From Pelagomonas calceolata (Eukaryota): a stretch of 64,000 nucleotides of DNA. Shown piece after piece: positions 30,026 through 41,460 of this stretch (its first letter is position 1; every line of letters starts with the position of its first letter). Made by a program: the position numbers and the translations under genes. The stretch is taken from contig CAKKNE010000004.1 of assembly GCA_918797485.1 (NCBI GenBank), positions 3,348,001 through 3,412,000 of the forward strand, given 5' to 3'. The notes beneath the pieces were generated by a model, which was not told the DNA's origin, searched no databases, and was given only the letters and a program-made list of their open reading frames with translations.

Positions 30026-31150
30026 ATGGCGTTTCTTCGACCAGTTCCTCGCCTCCTCTTCCTTGCAGCGACGGCAGCGACGGCGCTGTCACTCAGTATG
30101 CCTCGCTCCGCCCTCCGCCGTCGCACTGCGCCGCCGCCGCGACCACAACCGCCGACCGCCGCCGCCACGACCGCTGCGGCCGGGCGCACCGCCATGAGCG
30201 CCTCCGCCGTCGCGACCGACGACAAAGATGGCGACCACACGGAGACCGCCGCCACGGCCACGTCCTTCGCCGGCCGGGCAGCGCTCGTCATGCCGTTCGT
30301 GGCCGCGACCGCAGCTTTAGCAAGAGCGGGCTTCCCGTTGTATGGAGCGGCCTCGCCCGTGCTCGTCTTGGTACACCGCTTCCTGAAGCCCGACGGCGAG
30401 CCCTTCGTGGAAAGGACGGTGAAACTGCTCGCCTTGGCGAGCGTCTGGGCGTATTGGAGCGCCGGCGTCGCCGGCTTGCTCCTCTACGTCTTGTTCCAAC
30501 TACCAATCACGGCCTACCACGCCTTGGCGGTCTACGTGCCCCTTCTCATCATAGCCTTCAAGCGGGACCGGAACGCGAGGTATGATCGGTACAAGCGGTT
30601 TATTTTGAGGATATTATTTGATGCACCTCTCATAATAACGGCGATCTCACTGAGATATCTGTGCGGCTGGCACCTGTTCACGCCCTTCGCTTCCATAATA
30701 GATGACGAGGTCGTCCAGGGCACGTTACCTTTCGCCTGCGACGTGGCCGAGCTCGCGGCGGAGCCGTACAACGTGGGAGCTGTGGTGAACATGTGTTCCG
30801 AGTGGGACGGGCCCCTGCAGGCTTATGAGAGGTACGGCATCCAGCAGCTGCGACTCCCCTTCCAGGACACGACGGCGCCGCACGAGACGGCCTTGAGGAG
30901 GGGCGCGGCGTTCATGAAGGAGCGGCTCGAGAACATGGAGAAGGGCAAACGTATCTACGTGCACTGCAAGGGCGGCATCGCGCGCGCGTCGACGATGTCC
31001 CTGGCGCACTACATCATTAACCGCGGCGAGGACCCGTATGAAGCCGTCGACAAGCTCAAATCTAAAAGGTCGGTGGTGCTGCGGAGCGCCGCGGAGTACG
31101 AAGGAGTGAGGGCCATCGCGCGCGACCCCGAGGGTAACCATTGTGAATAG
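30026..31150 (+). CDS. Dual-specificity phosphatase, PTPMT1-like (phosphatidylglycerophosphatase) with TM segments
   Basis: IYVHCKGGIARAS (CX5R), VVNMCSEW, LPFQD. Confidence 0.8.
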   Translation: MAFLRPVPRLLFLAATAATALSLSMPRSALRRRTAPPPRPQPPTAAATTAAAGRTAMSASAVATDDKDGDHTETAATATSFAGRAALVMPFVAATAALARAGFPLYGAASPVLVLVHRFLKPDGEPFVERTVKLLALASVWAYWSAGVAGLLLYVLFQLPITAYHALAVYVPLLIIAFKRDRNARYDRYKRFILRILFDAPLIITAISLRYLCGWHLFTPFASIIDDEVVQGTLPFACDVAELAAEPYNVGAVVNMCSEWDGPLQAYERYGIQQLRLPFQDTTAPHETALRRGAAFMKERLENMEKGKRIYVHCKGGIARASTMSLAHYIINRGEDPYEAVDKLKSKRSVVLRSAAEYEGVRAIARDPEGNHCE

Positions 31151-31211
31151 TAGAACTTACTGCTCGATGGCGTAGGGGAGAGATAGGAGTCGATCTTCGG
31201 GAAAATTATTT

Positions 31212-31234
31212 GCTAGTGTCTTACTACCGCTAGC
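31212..31234 (+). promoter_or_regulatory. CTAG-dyad upstream motif
   Basis: GCTAGTGTCTTACTACCGCTAGC. Confidence 0.7.
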
Positions 31235-31450
31235 GCGAGATTTTAACTGCGCGTCGGAGCTCAATGCGCATCGAGTAATAGCTATCAAGCGGTCGAAACA
31301 TTTCTTTTGGAGCCAAATTGACACCTGTCTGCCGCCTGCATCGAAAACCGGCGCTACGGCAAGTCAATTATTAGCAGCCACTGAGTGGTCAGCTGTTTTG
31401 GTCCTCAAAGCACGCGCGACGCGACACGACGCGACAAACCAACGTGAGAC

Positions 31451-33856
31451 ATGGCCACCCCGACGCTGGCTCCCACGCTCATGCCCACAAAAAGCAACCC
31501 CTTCAACACGTCGAGCAGCGACTGGGCCGAGATCCGCGTGACCCTGCTCCTGAACGCATTCATGGCCGTCTGTCTAATTGGTGTAGCGGCGTTCTACGGC
31601 AATCTATCAAGCGTCTACGCGCCGAAGCCGCGGCGCCGGACAAGCGCCGTGCGCAGTGGGCTGCGCGGATTTAGAGATGCGTCGAGCCTCGACGACGAAG
31701 CTTTAGGCAAGGCCGTCGGCCCGGACGCGCAATTATTGATTCGCTTCCTTCGTTGTTGGAGAGACATTACGACGGTGGGCGGCCTCGTCGCCGCCGTCAT
31801 CTTGTTACCGTGCTACGCCACGGGCCGCCACCGCGAGTCCGGCTTCTACGCCTGGACCATCGCGAACGTCAAGAAGGGCGCGCCGCGGGGCTGGGCCGCG
31901 GTGGTCTTCATGTACTTCTTCACGTGCTACGCTCTTAGACGGGCTGATAGGGAAGCAAGGCGCTACGCGAAACTCAGGTACGACTACCTGAGCCAGGTTG
32001 AGGATGACGAGGACGGCCCCCAGGCCCGGTGTTCCGTATTTGTCGAACGCGTGCCGCGCGACCTGAGGAGCGACGGCGCACTTTTGAATTATTTCAGACG
32101 CCTCGCGCGATCTGATAACGCCGTGCACTCGGCCGTCGTCTTCCGGGATTGTAGGAAGCTCGAGAAGGTTAGGCGAAGGCGCGACGAGGCTAAAAAAACG
32201 CTCGCTAGCAGTTCCGAGGGCAAGACTCTGTACAGAGCGCGGTCGCACGTCGACGCGATAGCATGTGGAGGCCGGCCGCGGCTCTGGTGGCGCGCCTGCG
32301 ATGCGCGGCGCTTCTGGAGCGCCCGGCTCGAACGATTGGAGAATGAGTTGTCGAACGGACGAGCCCTCGCCGAGAACTATTCGCAGAATGACGAGCCGTC
32401 GTCGCCGCTGTTGAGCGGCTCGTCGCTCGAGGCGCGCGTCCAAGAAGCTGCAGATAGGACGCAGCGCCTGGCGAATACGACGGCGCGCCGCGTCTTCCGC
32501 ACGTTAGCTATCGAGGATACGGCATTAGGGGAAGCGTTCAAACCGTCGGCGACGGGCGTCGTCACGTTTTCCAGCGTCGGTATAGCGTCAACACTGGGCC
32601 AGCTACAGCTCGCCTCCTTCAAAGGCTTGAAAGCGGTCGTCCCGGCGCCCACCAGATCTGATGTTGTGTTTGCGAACGTCGGCGAGAAGGCGTCCGGCGT
32701 CGAGTGGCGCGCGTGGTGCTGCGACGCGTTTTTAGTCTGGTGCGGCGTGCTGCTGACGCCGCTGATTGGCGTGATTCAGGGCCTGTCGAATTTGGAGAGA
32801 ATTGCCGACGTCGTGCCGTTCCTAAGGCCCTTCGCCGAAGACGACGAGTATGCCGCTATAAGGGATGTGGTAACAGGTTATATTCCCGTGTTGCTCGTGC
32901 TGGGTTTGTTGGCTGTAATACCTTATGTGTTGGAGTCCCTGGCCTTGAATTATGTGAGATTGAAATCGCATTCGTTGGTGCAGCGCTACGTCTTGGACCG
33001 CCACTTCTATTTTCAATTATTGGCCATCTTCGTCACGGTGCTCTCCGGATCGCTCGCGGACGTCGTCAAGGCCTTCATCGACAGTCCTTCCTCCATCGAG
33101 ACTTTACTAGGACGGTCCATCCCGGGCGTCGGTGCTTACTTTTTACAGTTATTAACAGTAAAGGCCACGGTGTCGATCGCCGTCGAGGCCGCGCGACCAA
33201 TTCCATTGGCACGGGAGCTGAGTCTGCGGCGCCTCATGGAGCGGCGCGACCCGCCTTCTGAAGAACTGAAACTGGGCCACGCCGTGCCGCAGATGCTCAT
33301 GGTCGTGCTCGTCGCCGTGCTGTACGCGGCGATCGCGCCGTTGATCCTGGTGCCGGCGGCCATCTATTTCTGGCTCGCGGAGCCCGTCTACCGGAAGCAT
33401 CTCCTGTTAGTATATACAAAAACGAGCGAGGGCGGCGGCGCGGCGTTGTTTCCCGCGCTCGCGTACTTCTCGGCGCTGTCGCTCGGGATCGGCCAGCTGG
33501 CGCTATTTTCATACCTGGCGTTATCCGACAAGACGGTCGAGCACGGCGACGCCTGGCGCCAGGCATTGGCGGTGGTGCCCCTGCCCGTCATAACGTACGC
33601 ACACTACCGCCGCGTCGTGCAGCGCTACGTCGCGCCCGCGGTCCACCTGCACCGCGACGCGGCGACGCGGCGCGACCTGTTTCGGGACCTCTCGGAGCGG
33701 CTGACGGAGACGTATTACAGGCAGCCGGCGCTTGTGGACGACGACGACGTGGCGCCCCAGGCGCGCCGCGCGTCGTCGAGGAGCAGTACGGGCGAGTGGG
33801 ACCTCGAGGCCCTGGGCGAGCCGGAACTCGCTCGAACGACAACTCCGCTTGTGTAG
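31451..33856 (+). CDS. OSCA/TMEM63 (CSC1/RSN1-like) mechanosensitive channel
   Basis: WTIANV, SVFVERVP, GVVTFS, PAP..DVVFANV, LLGRSIP..GAYF, YAAIAPLIL; multiple TMs. Confidence 0.88.
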   Translation: MATPTLAPTLMPTKSNPFNTSSSDWAEIRVTLLLNAFMAVCLIGVAAFYGNLSSVYAPKPRRRTSAVRSGLRGFRDASSLDDEALGKAVGPDAQLLIRFLRCWRDITTVGGLVAAVILLPCYATGRHRESGFYAWTIANVKKGAPRGWAAVVFMYFFTCYALRRADREARRYAKLRYDYLSQVEDDEDGPQARCSVFVERVPRDLRSDGALLNYFRRLARSDNAVHSAVVFRDCRKLEKVRRRRDEAKKTLASSSEGKTLYRARSHVDAIACGGRPRLWWRACDARRFWSARLERLENELSNGRALAENYSQNDEPSSPLLSGSSLEARVQEAADRTQRLANTTARRVFRTLAIEDTALGEAFKPSATGVVTFSSVGIASTLGQLQLASFKGLKAVVPAPTRSDVVFANVGEKASGVEWRAWCCDAFLVWCGVLLTPLIGVIQGLSNLERIADVVPFLRPFAEDDEYAAIRDVVTGYIPVLLVLGLLAVIPYVLESLALNYVRLKSHSLVQRYVLDRHFYFQLLAIFVTVLSGSLADVVKAFIDSPSSIETLLGRSIPGVGAYFLQLLTVKATVSIAVEAARPIPLARELSLRRLMERRDPPSEELKLGHAVPQMLMVVLVAVLYAAIAPLILVPAAIYFWLAEPVYRKHLLLVYTKTSEGGGAALFPALAYFSALSLGIGQLALFSYLALSDKTVEHGDAWRQALAVVPLPVITYAHYRRVVQRYVAPAVHLHRDAATRRDLFRDLSERLTETYYRQPALVDDDDVAPQARRASSRSSTGEWDLEALGEPELARTTTPLV

Positions 33857-33875
33857 TAAACATTGTGTCACATAA

Positions 33876-35426
33876 TTACTCCCTCACATCGTCGTCGCCG
33901 AGCGCGACCGGCTCCGTCAGCGTCTGGAACGAGACCGGCGGCGGCTCGGTCGCGACCGGCGGGTCGTACGCCTCGGCGCGCGGCGACCCGGATTGCCACC
34001 GTCGGGCCGTGTCGTCGAGGCGCTCCAACGGCAGGCTCATGTCCACGCCGCCGATGCGGTCGGCGGCGGCAAACAACGGCCGGATGAACGCGATGAACCC
34101 TTTCTGGAACTGGGCGAGATCCGTCGCGTCGCGCGCAGGCACCGTCAAGGGCAGCCCGCGCTCCCGCTCCAGCTCGGCTTGCCGCCAGAACTCCTCCATG
34201 ACGAGCGCGGTCCATCGTCTATAGACAGGCCAGGGCTTCGCCGGGTTCGAGATATCGCATGCATGGATGAAGATCTTCAAGCACGGGACGTGGTGTTCTG
34301 GGGTACAAGCTTCATAGGAAGTACCGCGCTCCTTCGCCTTTGATAGCGCCCGTTCGAGCTCGAAGATCTGCTGCGAGTGCTCCTTCATGTCCGTCGCGAG
34401 CAGCAAACCGATCCAGAGCGCGCGGTTCTGCTTCTGGTCTGTTGATGGACGCGTCCTTAAATAAGGTTTGGCTAGATTGAGTGCCACGGCGGCGTGCATG
34501 TTCTCCAGTGGAGACGCGTCGTTGTAGCGGATGGCGAGCTCGTGGCCCGTCTCGACCAGGAAGTTATTGGTCAATCCTGGATGGCCCACGTCGTGCGACA
34601 GGCACGCTAACAACGTCACCAGGACGACGTCGTCGTCTAAGGCGTCGTCGAAGGTCGGCGCGAGATTTAAGAGAGCGTGCATCGCCTGCAGGACGTCGGC
34701 GCCGTGTAAACAGTTGTGGTAGGGCACGTCCTGGTACGACGCCAGCATCTTGGACACGACCTGGCGCAGGATGGGGGACGCCGACGCCGCCCGAAAACCC
34801 CTCGCCTCAAACACGACGGCGTCGACGATTGCTCTACTAGCCAGCAACGTGTCGCCCTGGAATCTGTGTGGAAATCAGCCAGTGAGTCAACATCGCGTCG
34901 ATGGCGTGGGGCGCCCGAAATTTGATTTCCACACAGCCCGGAACGCGTCCACGACGCTCCACACGTCAAAGCCCCAGGCGTTGACCTCCGACAGGGCCGC
35001 CTCGAGCGTCTTCCGGCGCTCCTTTGGGACGCTCGACGCGAGCTGCCGTTCGGAGATCAAGTCGGCCACCGCATTTTTGCACGCCTTGCGCAGCTGCGGC
35101 GTCTCGGGGCTCGGCCTTCGTTTCGCGAGCGGGTTCGGTTTTAGTGGTGAGGCGCCGTAGGCGTCGACCACCGCGTCCGCGGTTGACGGGTCGAGGTCCT
35201 CGGTCAGGTTGCTGTGCATCCTCACAAAGAGCTCGTCGCCGCCGCCGTGCTTTTGACGCGTCGTCGTCGTAGCCTCCTTGAGGATTCGTATTTCGGCTGC
35301 GGTCAATGTGATTTGTGCATCGCGGTCCCCGGGCAGCGCCTCAAGCTTTGTGCGTAGCGTATGGCTCGCGTCCGCGTCGCTTTGCTTGGGCTCTGTGCCG
35401 AACAGCAGCCCGTAGAGGTACTCCAT
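33876..35426 (-). CDS. Class I cyclic nucleotide phosphodiesterase (intron 34864-34944)
   Basis: PYHNCLHGADV, HDVGHPGLTNNFL, YNDASPLENMH, LATDM, HACDISNP, EEFWRQ. Confidence 0.93.
34864..34944 (-). mobile_element. Introner element, short type; 81-nt intron with 8-bp TSD (6/8)
   Basis: TIR-bounded element 34864-34936. Intron start GTTCCGGG versus next exon start ATTCCAGG; splicing removes an in-frame stop. Confidence 0.88.
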
Positions 35427-35967
35427 GGCCGGAGCGCTGCAAAATTCGGCTGCCCCCGGGTGACGTACCAATGCCTGGGCAGTCGTGAGGTGTCAAAGCA
35501 CAGGTTGCGTCGATCCCTGCTTGGTTTTTACCGATCAACTGGCGCCGCACTGATTGGCTTCCCCGCACGAATATGCCCCCAACTTCGACAGTACCCGAGG
35601 CTTATTTCGGATGAGAAGCGACTGCTCTGATGTCTTGGCCCGCAAAGGGCAGCCCGACTCTACTAGCTTTTCCGCTCATCATCCATTTGGCAGCGCCTCT
35701 GTAGCTTCGGCGCCCGCAGCCCAAACGCATCGATTTACGCCAGCAGCGGCGTAAACCGATCGACGGGGTCGACCATAGATCCCAGCCGCGCTTTCGCCCC
35801 GTGCCGGACCGTGCCCGCGCGCCGGTGGCCCCGCAAAGCCCCAGCCAACTGGGGCAGCCCCCGGCCGCCGCGACGCCGTCGACGCGCCGCCACGCCGCCT
35901 CGACGTCGTCAACGCTCGACGCCGTCGACGCTCCACGCCTGACGCCCGACCGCGCGCCTGATACAAT

Positions 35968-37098
35968 ATGGCCACGGACGGCTACGTCTCGCACCAGCAA
36001 CAAAAATGGGAGACCTATCTGGCGGAGCACCAGATCGAGAAGATCTTCCGGGACATGACCTCGGACATTATCACGAAGCAGCCCCAGGATTCCATACAAC
36101 ACATGATCGAGTGGCTGCACAAGTTTAGGGAGGCGAAGACGAAGCCGAAGAAGAGTGACAAAAAAGGAAAGAAGGGCCGCGGCCGCCAGCGCGTCGTCGA
36201 GTCGTCGGACTCCGACTCCGACGATTCCTCGGAGGACGACCGGCCCTTCGTCGCCGTCAAGCAGTCAAAAACAAGACGGGGCACGATCGCCGCGCCGCGC
36301 CTGAGCCTGACGAAGAACTGGACGCCGCCGTCAGTCCCGAAGGAGGCGCACGAAGAATCGTTCCTAGGACGGCAGCTCATGACCATCTTCTTCATGAAAT
36401 CGTGCACGAGGAAGGAGCTCCACGTGCTGGTCGGAGCCATGTCGACGGAGACTTATGAGGACGGTGCCACGATAATCAAGCAGGGCGAGCGGGGCGACGC
36501 GTTTTATGTGGTCGAGGACGGTGAGGTGGTATGTATGAAGGATGAGGAAACAGTGCTGACCATCCCCTGTCCCTCTACCGAAGATCCTTCCGTGGAGCGG
36601 CGCTACTTTGGGGAGTTAGCGTTGCTGTACGACGCACCTAGAGCAGCTTCTGTGAAAGCAGTTGGTAGAGTTAAATTGTGGGCCTTGGACAGAACTACAT
36701 TCAAGTCCATTTTACAACAGTCAGATGATATCAAGATGATGCTCTACTCGAAGTTCGTCCAGTCGATTCACCTATTCAGAGATCTAAAGCTCTCGCAAGT
36801 GAACGCGTTATGTGCATCATTACAAGCCCAGGATTTTGATGACGGGGACACAATCTTCAAGCAGGGCGACGACGGCGACGCGTTTTATATAGTGGAGTCG
36901 GGTGAGGCCGCCTGTTTGAAAGATGGGGTCGTCGTGTCCATCGTGCACGAGGGCGATTACTTCGGCGAACTGGCGCTCGTGCGGAGGGAGCCGCGGGCGG
37001 CGACGGTGCGCGCGAAAGGGAAGCTGTCCGTGCTCAAGATCGGGGCGCGGGCCTTCAAGCGGTTGATCGGGGTCCTCGAGTTCGACAAAGTTTACTAG
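35968..37098 (+). CDS. cAMP-dependent protein kinase regulatory subunit-like
   Basis: N-terminal docking-like domain, RRGTI inhibitor site, two cNMP domains (FGELALLYDAPRAASV; FGELALVRREPRAATV). Confidence 0.9.
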   Translation: MATDGYVSHQQQKWETYLAEHQIEKIFRDMTSDIITKQPQDSIQHMIEWLHKFREAKTKPKKSDKKGKKGRGRQRVVESSDSDSDDSSEDDRPFVAVKQSKTRRGTIAAPRLSLTKNWTPPSVPKEAHEESFLGRQLMTIFFMKSCTRKELHVLVGAMSTETYEDGATIIKQGERGDAFYVVEDGEVVCMKDEETVLTIPCPSTEDPSVERRYFGELALLYDAPRAASVKAVGRVKLWALDRTTFKSILQQSDDIKMMLYSKFVQSIHLFRDLKLSQVNALCASLQAQDFDDGDTIFKQGDDGDAFYIVESGEAACLKDGVVVSIVHEGDYFGELALVRREPRAATVRAKGKLSVLKIGARAFKRLIGVLEFDKVY

Positions 37099-37335
37099 TC
37101 CTCCCTTGTGTGTGTAAGGACGGGAATCTATGCTCTGTGTGACCAATGCGAACCCGGCGCGCTGCACGGACTTCCGCCGGGTGAAACAACACCCTATCGC
37201 CAATCCCTACAAGACACAGTGGCGAAGCGCTCGGGGTCCGTACTACCTGGGGGTGGGCACAATAAGTGACTCTCTCTCTCTCTCGGTGCGCACGGCCGAA
37301 CTACTTGCCGAACTTTCGACAAAATAGGTTACACA

Positions 37336-39412
37336 TCATACCGCTCCCTCATCAACAAACCCCTGCCCGTCGCACCACTCGCACTTCGATTCCTTCCCGA
37401 ACATGACGCGCACGCCCTTGCCATTGCAGAGCGGGCACGGCGCGGGCCCATTTTCCCCACCAATCATCACGGCGTCGATCTCTCGCGTGACTTGTAAAGA
37501 TCGGAGGTACGCGGACCACTGCTCGTCAACGTCCGTCCGCGCCTCGGCGGCCTCTCGTTCTGCCAAATCCTGCAGCATGTCGTCCCAGACAGCCTGACGG
37601 TCGTCGTCGCTGCTCACCGGCGCCGAGCCGGGGACCGGTGCGGAGGCCGCGTTTTTTAATACATCGGAATAATCCCCGACCCATTCGTCCGCCGCGTCGG
37701 CCACCGGCGCGCGCGCCGCCGCGTCGAGGAGGCGCACGGAGTCGCTCGTGATTTTGAACGTCGCGATCGCCAGCGACCTGTGTGTAGAATCGAGTTTCGC
37801 GGCGCCCCCACGCCATCGACGCGACATTTGAGTTCCACACGGTCGGCGACGGCATTCTTGCGAGAACGCGTCGTGCGAGCGCGTTCGCCTCCATCAAACT
37901 AGAGCAGCGATGCGTCGTCGTGACGCCAGCCTCCGCTTGGGCCGCCGTCGAGCCGAGACCTTCGTACGTAAAGCTCCGCGGCGGCGAGAACCGCACCTCG
38001 TAGTACTCTTCCGCTTCTGGCGGGTCCCAGGGATTTCTGGCGTAGCGGACGGTCTTGCGCCCGTCCCGCGGAGGAGTCGGCGCCGTCGCTTTTGCCCTCA
38101 TCTGCGCAAAGTCCTCGGCCGAGGGAAACTTGCCAAAGGTAGAGTCGCGCCGTCGGCGAATTTCGGCGAAGGGTTCGAGGCTCGTCGTGAGCAAGGTCTG
38201 GAGCGGAGGCTCGCCGATGCCTAATTTTGAAAGCAGCGACGATGTGACCGCCGAGAGGCCGAATCTCGCGCGGCGCAGCGCGCCCTTGGGGCCCACGCTG
38301 AGATCGAGAAGTGCGTGGCCCTCAGGTAGTCGAGCCGCCGCGTACGTCTCGAGCGCGCCCACGACGTCTCCGCTGGTCTTAATAAGGGCATCAGCAAGCG
38401 CAGCGGCGTCTTGCAAGGCGCTGTTGCAGCCCTGGCCCGAGGCACCGCCGGTCGAATGGGCCGCGTCTCCCAGCAGAGCCACGCGACCGTACGTGTACGC
38501 GTTGCAGCGGATCGTCGCTGCACGCGACGAGTTCTGCCGTACGAACTGCTCGCCGACCGCCGTCGTGTTGAACGCGGCGCCGATGAGCGCGAACGAGTCG
38601 GCGAGCAAAAGGCGCGCCGCGTCGGCGTCCGTGATCGTGCCAGGGTCCTCCTCACTGGGCCGCCAGCTCAGCAGGGCGCACGCGCCGTCCTTCGTCGGTT
38701 CCAGAAATGCGGCGAGCCCGCCTTTCCCCGGCACGAGATGGACCGCGTCCGGCGCGAGCGGCGCCGGCATACTCGAGAGCCGCACGACCTTGAGGGAGCC
38801 CGGCAGCTCGATGCGCTCGACGTCGAAGCCGGGGCACCTCTCGGCGATGGCACCGCGCGTCGCACTGTTCACGCCGTCGCAGCCCGCGACCAAATCGAAG
38901 GTCTCGCCGTCGACGGCGCCGGTCAGCGGGTCGACGTCCTCCACTTTTCGTTCAAAAATCATGCGCAGGCGGTCCGACGCGTGGCGCCGCTCCAGCTCGT
39001 CGAGCAGCGCGCCACACAAAGCCGTCTGGTAGATCAGGACCGACGGCTCTCGCGATGGGTCCGGCTTCCGCAGATCAATAGCGCCGAAGGGCAGGTGGAT
39101 CGTGAACCGGTCGCTGCCGAAGCCCGCGCCCTTCACTTGCTGCCAGAGCTCCTCGTCGCAGGACCGGATGGCCGTGCGGCCGCGCAGACCGAGGCCTAAC
39201 GCGTACGCACGGCCCTCGAGCGCGTCGCTGCTGCGCGGGTCGGCGCGGCCCTCGAAGATTTTTACGGTGCAGCCAGCATCCAGCAATCGATGCGCGAGGA
39301 GTAAGCCACTGGCACCTCCGCCTACGATGGCTGCACGTAAGCCCTGGAGAGGCGCGGTGCCGGGTGACAGGCCGCGGACGACTGCTAGCAAAAGGATGCA
39401 GTGGCAGCGCAT
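37336..39412 (-). CDS. FAD-dependent monooxygenase (kynurenine 3-monooxygenase-like) with a C-terminal extension ending in a DnaJ-type zinc finger (intron 37778-37850)
   Basis: IVGGGASG, GCDGVNSATR, LLGDAAH..GQGCNSALQD; last exon CPLCNGKG..CEWCDGQG. Confidence 0.75.
37778..37850 (-). mobile_element. Introner element, short and diverged; 73-nt intron with TSD (6/8)
   Basis: CCGTGTGGAACTCAAA...TCGATTCTACACACAG; GTCGCCGA versus GTCGCTGG; shares TCGCGTCGATGGCGTGGGG core with the 34864 copy. Confidence 0.82.
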
Positions 39413-39537
39413 GTGTGCTCTCAATCTTGCAGCTCTTGCTCGCACGCGTCGACAGCGCGTCCTGGGCAAAGCTTGCGCAGGACAGAATGATCTCTTTGCA
39501 ACTGTTGGCGACAAAACCATGCACGGCCGCACAAGCA

Positions 39538-39559
39538 GCTAGCGTCGCAAGCCTCTAGC
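39538..39559 (-). promoter_or_regulatory. CTAG-dyad upstream motif (degenerate)
   Basis: + strand GCTAGCGTCGCAAGCCTCTAGC. Confidence 0.5.
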
Positions 39560-39857
39560 AAATGTCTTTGGAGGCTTCGTTTTTCGGAACAAAATATCCC
39601 TCGGCGAGCCGTGACAGACCGCTGGAGGCGATACAGCAAGAAGTTGGAGGCGGTGACGGAGGCTGCACCGTGTGGACGCTGCGCCTCTATTCAGGCCGCA
39701 CCGCTCACTTAGAGACACAAATAGGCCTTGCACGAAGCCCGCCACACGACTCGGTTGACAGCCACGCGAATTGACCGCCGCCGCAGAGGCTACAGAGCCA
39801 CTTTGCTGTGGCACTGAGTAGCAACCTATCGACAGCCGCGGCGCGCCGACAGCGACC

Positions 39858-41252
39858 ATGCCTCACAAGCTCCTCGCTACGCTGGCCATCTCGCATGCCT
39901 TCCTCACGACGGGGCCGCACCACCGGCGGAAGCTCGCGCTAAATGTGATAGAGACCGACGAGTGGCTCACGGCGCAGGACGCCGAGGGCCGGACCTACTA
40001 CTACCATGCTGTAACGATGGAGACGAGCTGGACCGATCCCAGGATTGTCGTCGAGGAACCAGCGAAACCGGAAAGGCAGCAGCTCCACGCGCTGCACGTT
40101 TTACCGTCCAATGTAGACAAAGACGCCCTCTCTCAAATATTGCATAGTGGAGACGCCATGGACGAAGCTAAAACAGAACAAGCCTTCTGGGCCGTCGTGA
40201 ACGAAGTTGATAGGGCGGAGGCGCACGACGAGCCGCTGTCGGCGGACGTGCCGCGCATGCTCCACAGGATCTTCGATGCGGACTTGCAGCATTTATTGAC
40301 GAGGGAACAAATACGAACAAATCTGACGTGCATGCAACCGGCTTTAACAGGTGCCGCGAACGCCGGCAACTCCATGGGCTACATCATGGACGACTACGCG
40401 CACAAGGACCTTCCTCTTAAAGAGGGTAGAGCTTGTGAAGGCGGGACGTGTTGCGAGGCCTGCTCGCGGAACATCTTCCCGTCGTTCATGCTACCGGGAG
40501 AGTGCTCTCCGGACATCTTTCCCGGTCTCAATCAGTTCACCTTTAACGAAGTGGAGGGTCTGCCGTCGGCCTCTATTTTACAGTTTATTCGATTGATCGA
40601 AAGAGTACGAAGGACGATGGCCCACGAGTACGGGTTGGACCTCAAGACCATCCTGCCGCTGCAAGCGTATGCGAGGAAATACGTCGCCGGGACGACGCAG
40701 CAAGGCGGCGGCGGGGGCGAAGGCGACTACGTCATACTACATACGGACGAAGCCACGCACTCGGGCTACCACTACTCGTCCGTGTTATATTTGAATGACC
40801 AAGGGGTTGATTTCACGGGCGGCGACTTCATTTTTAACGACAAGGCCAAGGAAGGTACCTATCATATACCTACCTCCGAAGAGCTCGAAATGCTCACGAT
40901 GGAGGAAGAGCTCGAACGAGGGCGGAAGTTCGGGCGGGAATTAACGCCCTTCCACCCCAGTCGTGGCGCGGCGGTCATCTTCAGTAGTGGGTGGGAGAAC
41001 ATGCACGAGGTCTATGCTTTGGAATCAGGTACGAGATATGCCGTGCCGAGCTTCTTCACGACGTGCCCGGTCCCAGAACAAGCGTATCAGCAGATGCACG
41101 TCGGCAAACCTTCGTCAGATGAGCAGATTGCTGATGATTGGTTGCATTTGCTACTTGCCCATCGAGCGGAGTCGCCCGTCGAGAGTGTTGGGAGGGTCAA
41201 GGAGCTCCTCATGAAGTGGCACTACATGTGCACGCCGTTGGATCAACACTAA
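39858..41252 (+). CDS. WW domain + 2OG-Fe(II) oxygenase (prolyl-hydroxylase-like), probably plastid-targeted
   Basis: SHAF cleavage motif; W..AQDAEGRTYYY..TSWTDP; LHTDE, YSSVLYLN..FTGGDF, ENMHEV..GTRY. Confidence 0.82.
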   Translation: MPHKLLATLAISHAFLTTGPHHRRKLALNVIETDEWLTAQDAEGRTYYYHAVTMETSWTDPRIVVEEPAKPERQQLHALHVLPSNVDKDALSQILHSGDAMDEAKTEQAFWAVVNEVDRAEAHDEPLSADVPRMLHRIFDADLQHLLTREQIRTNLTCMQPALTGAANAGNSMGYIMDDYAHKDLPLKEGRACEGGTCCEACSRNIFPSFMLPGECSPDIFPGLNQFTFNEVEGLPSASILQFIRLIERVRRTMAHEYGLDLKTILPLQAYARKYVAGTTQQGGGGGEGDYVILHTDEATHSGYHYSSVLYLNDQGVDFTGGDFIFNDKAKEGTYHIPTSEELEMLTMEEELERGRKFGRELTPFHPSRGAAVIFSSGWENMHEVYALESGTRYAVPSFFTTCPVPEQAYQQMHVGKPSSDEQIADDWLHLLLAHRAESPVESVGRVKELLMKWHYMCTPLDQH

Positions 41253-41460
41253 ACACTTATACATCATCAATTTTCGGGGGCGCCGCCGTCGCCGCGCTCA
41301 TCGGCGGCGTCGCGGCGGCGCTCGACCGTGCCTCCCGAGAGCGATCCGTGGCGTCGCCGTCACCACGTCGTGGAGGGCGCAAGGAGAAGGCGTCGCGGCG
41401 ATGGCGTCGGGAGCACGCACGCAGACACCGTGGCGTCCTCCACGCTCGTCGGGTGTGAGA

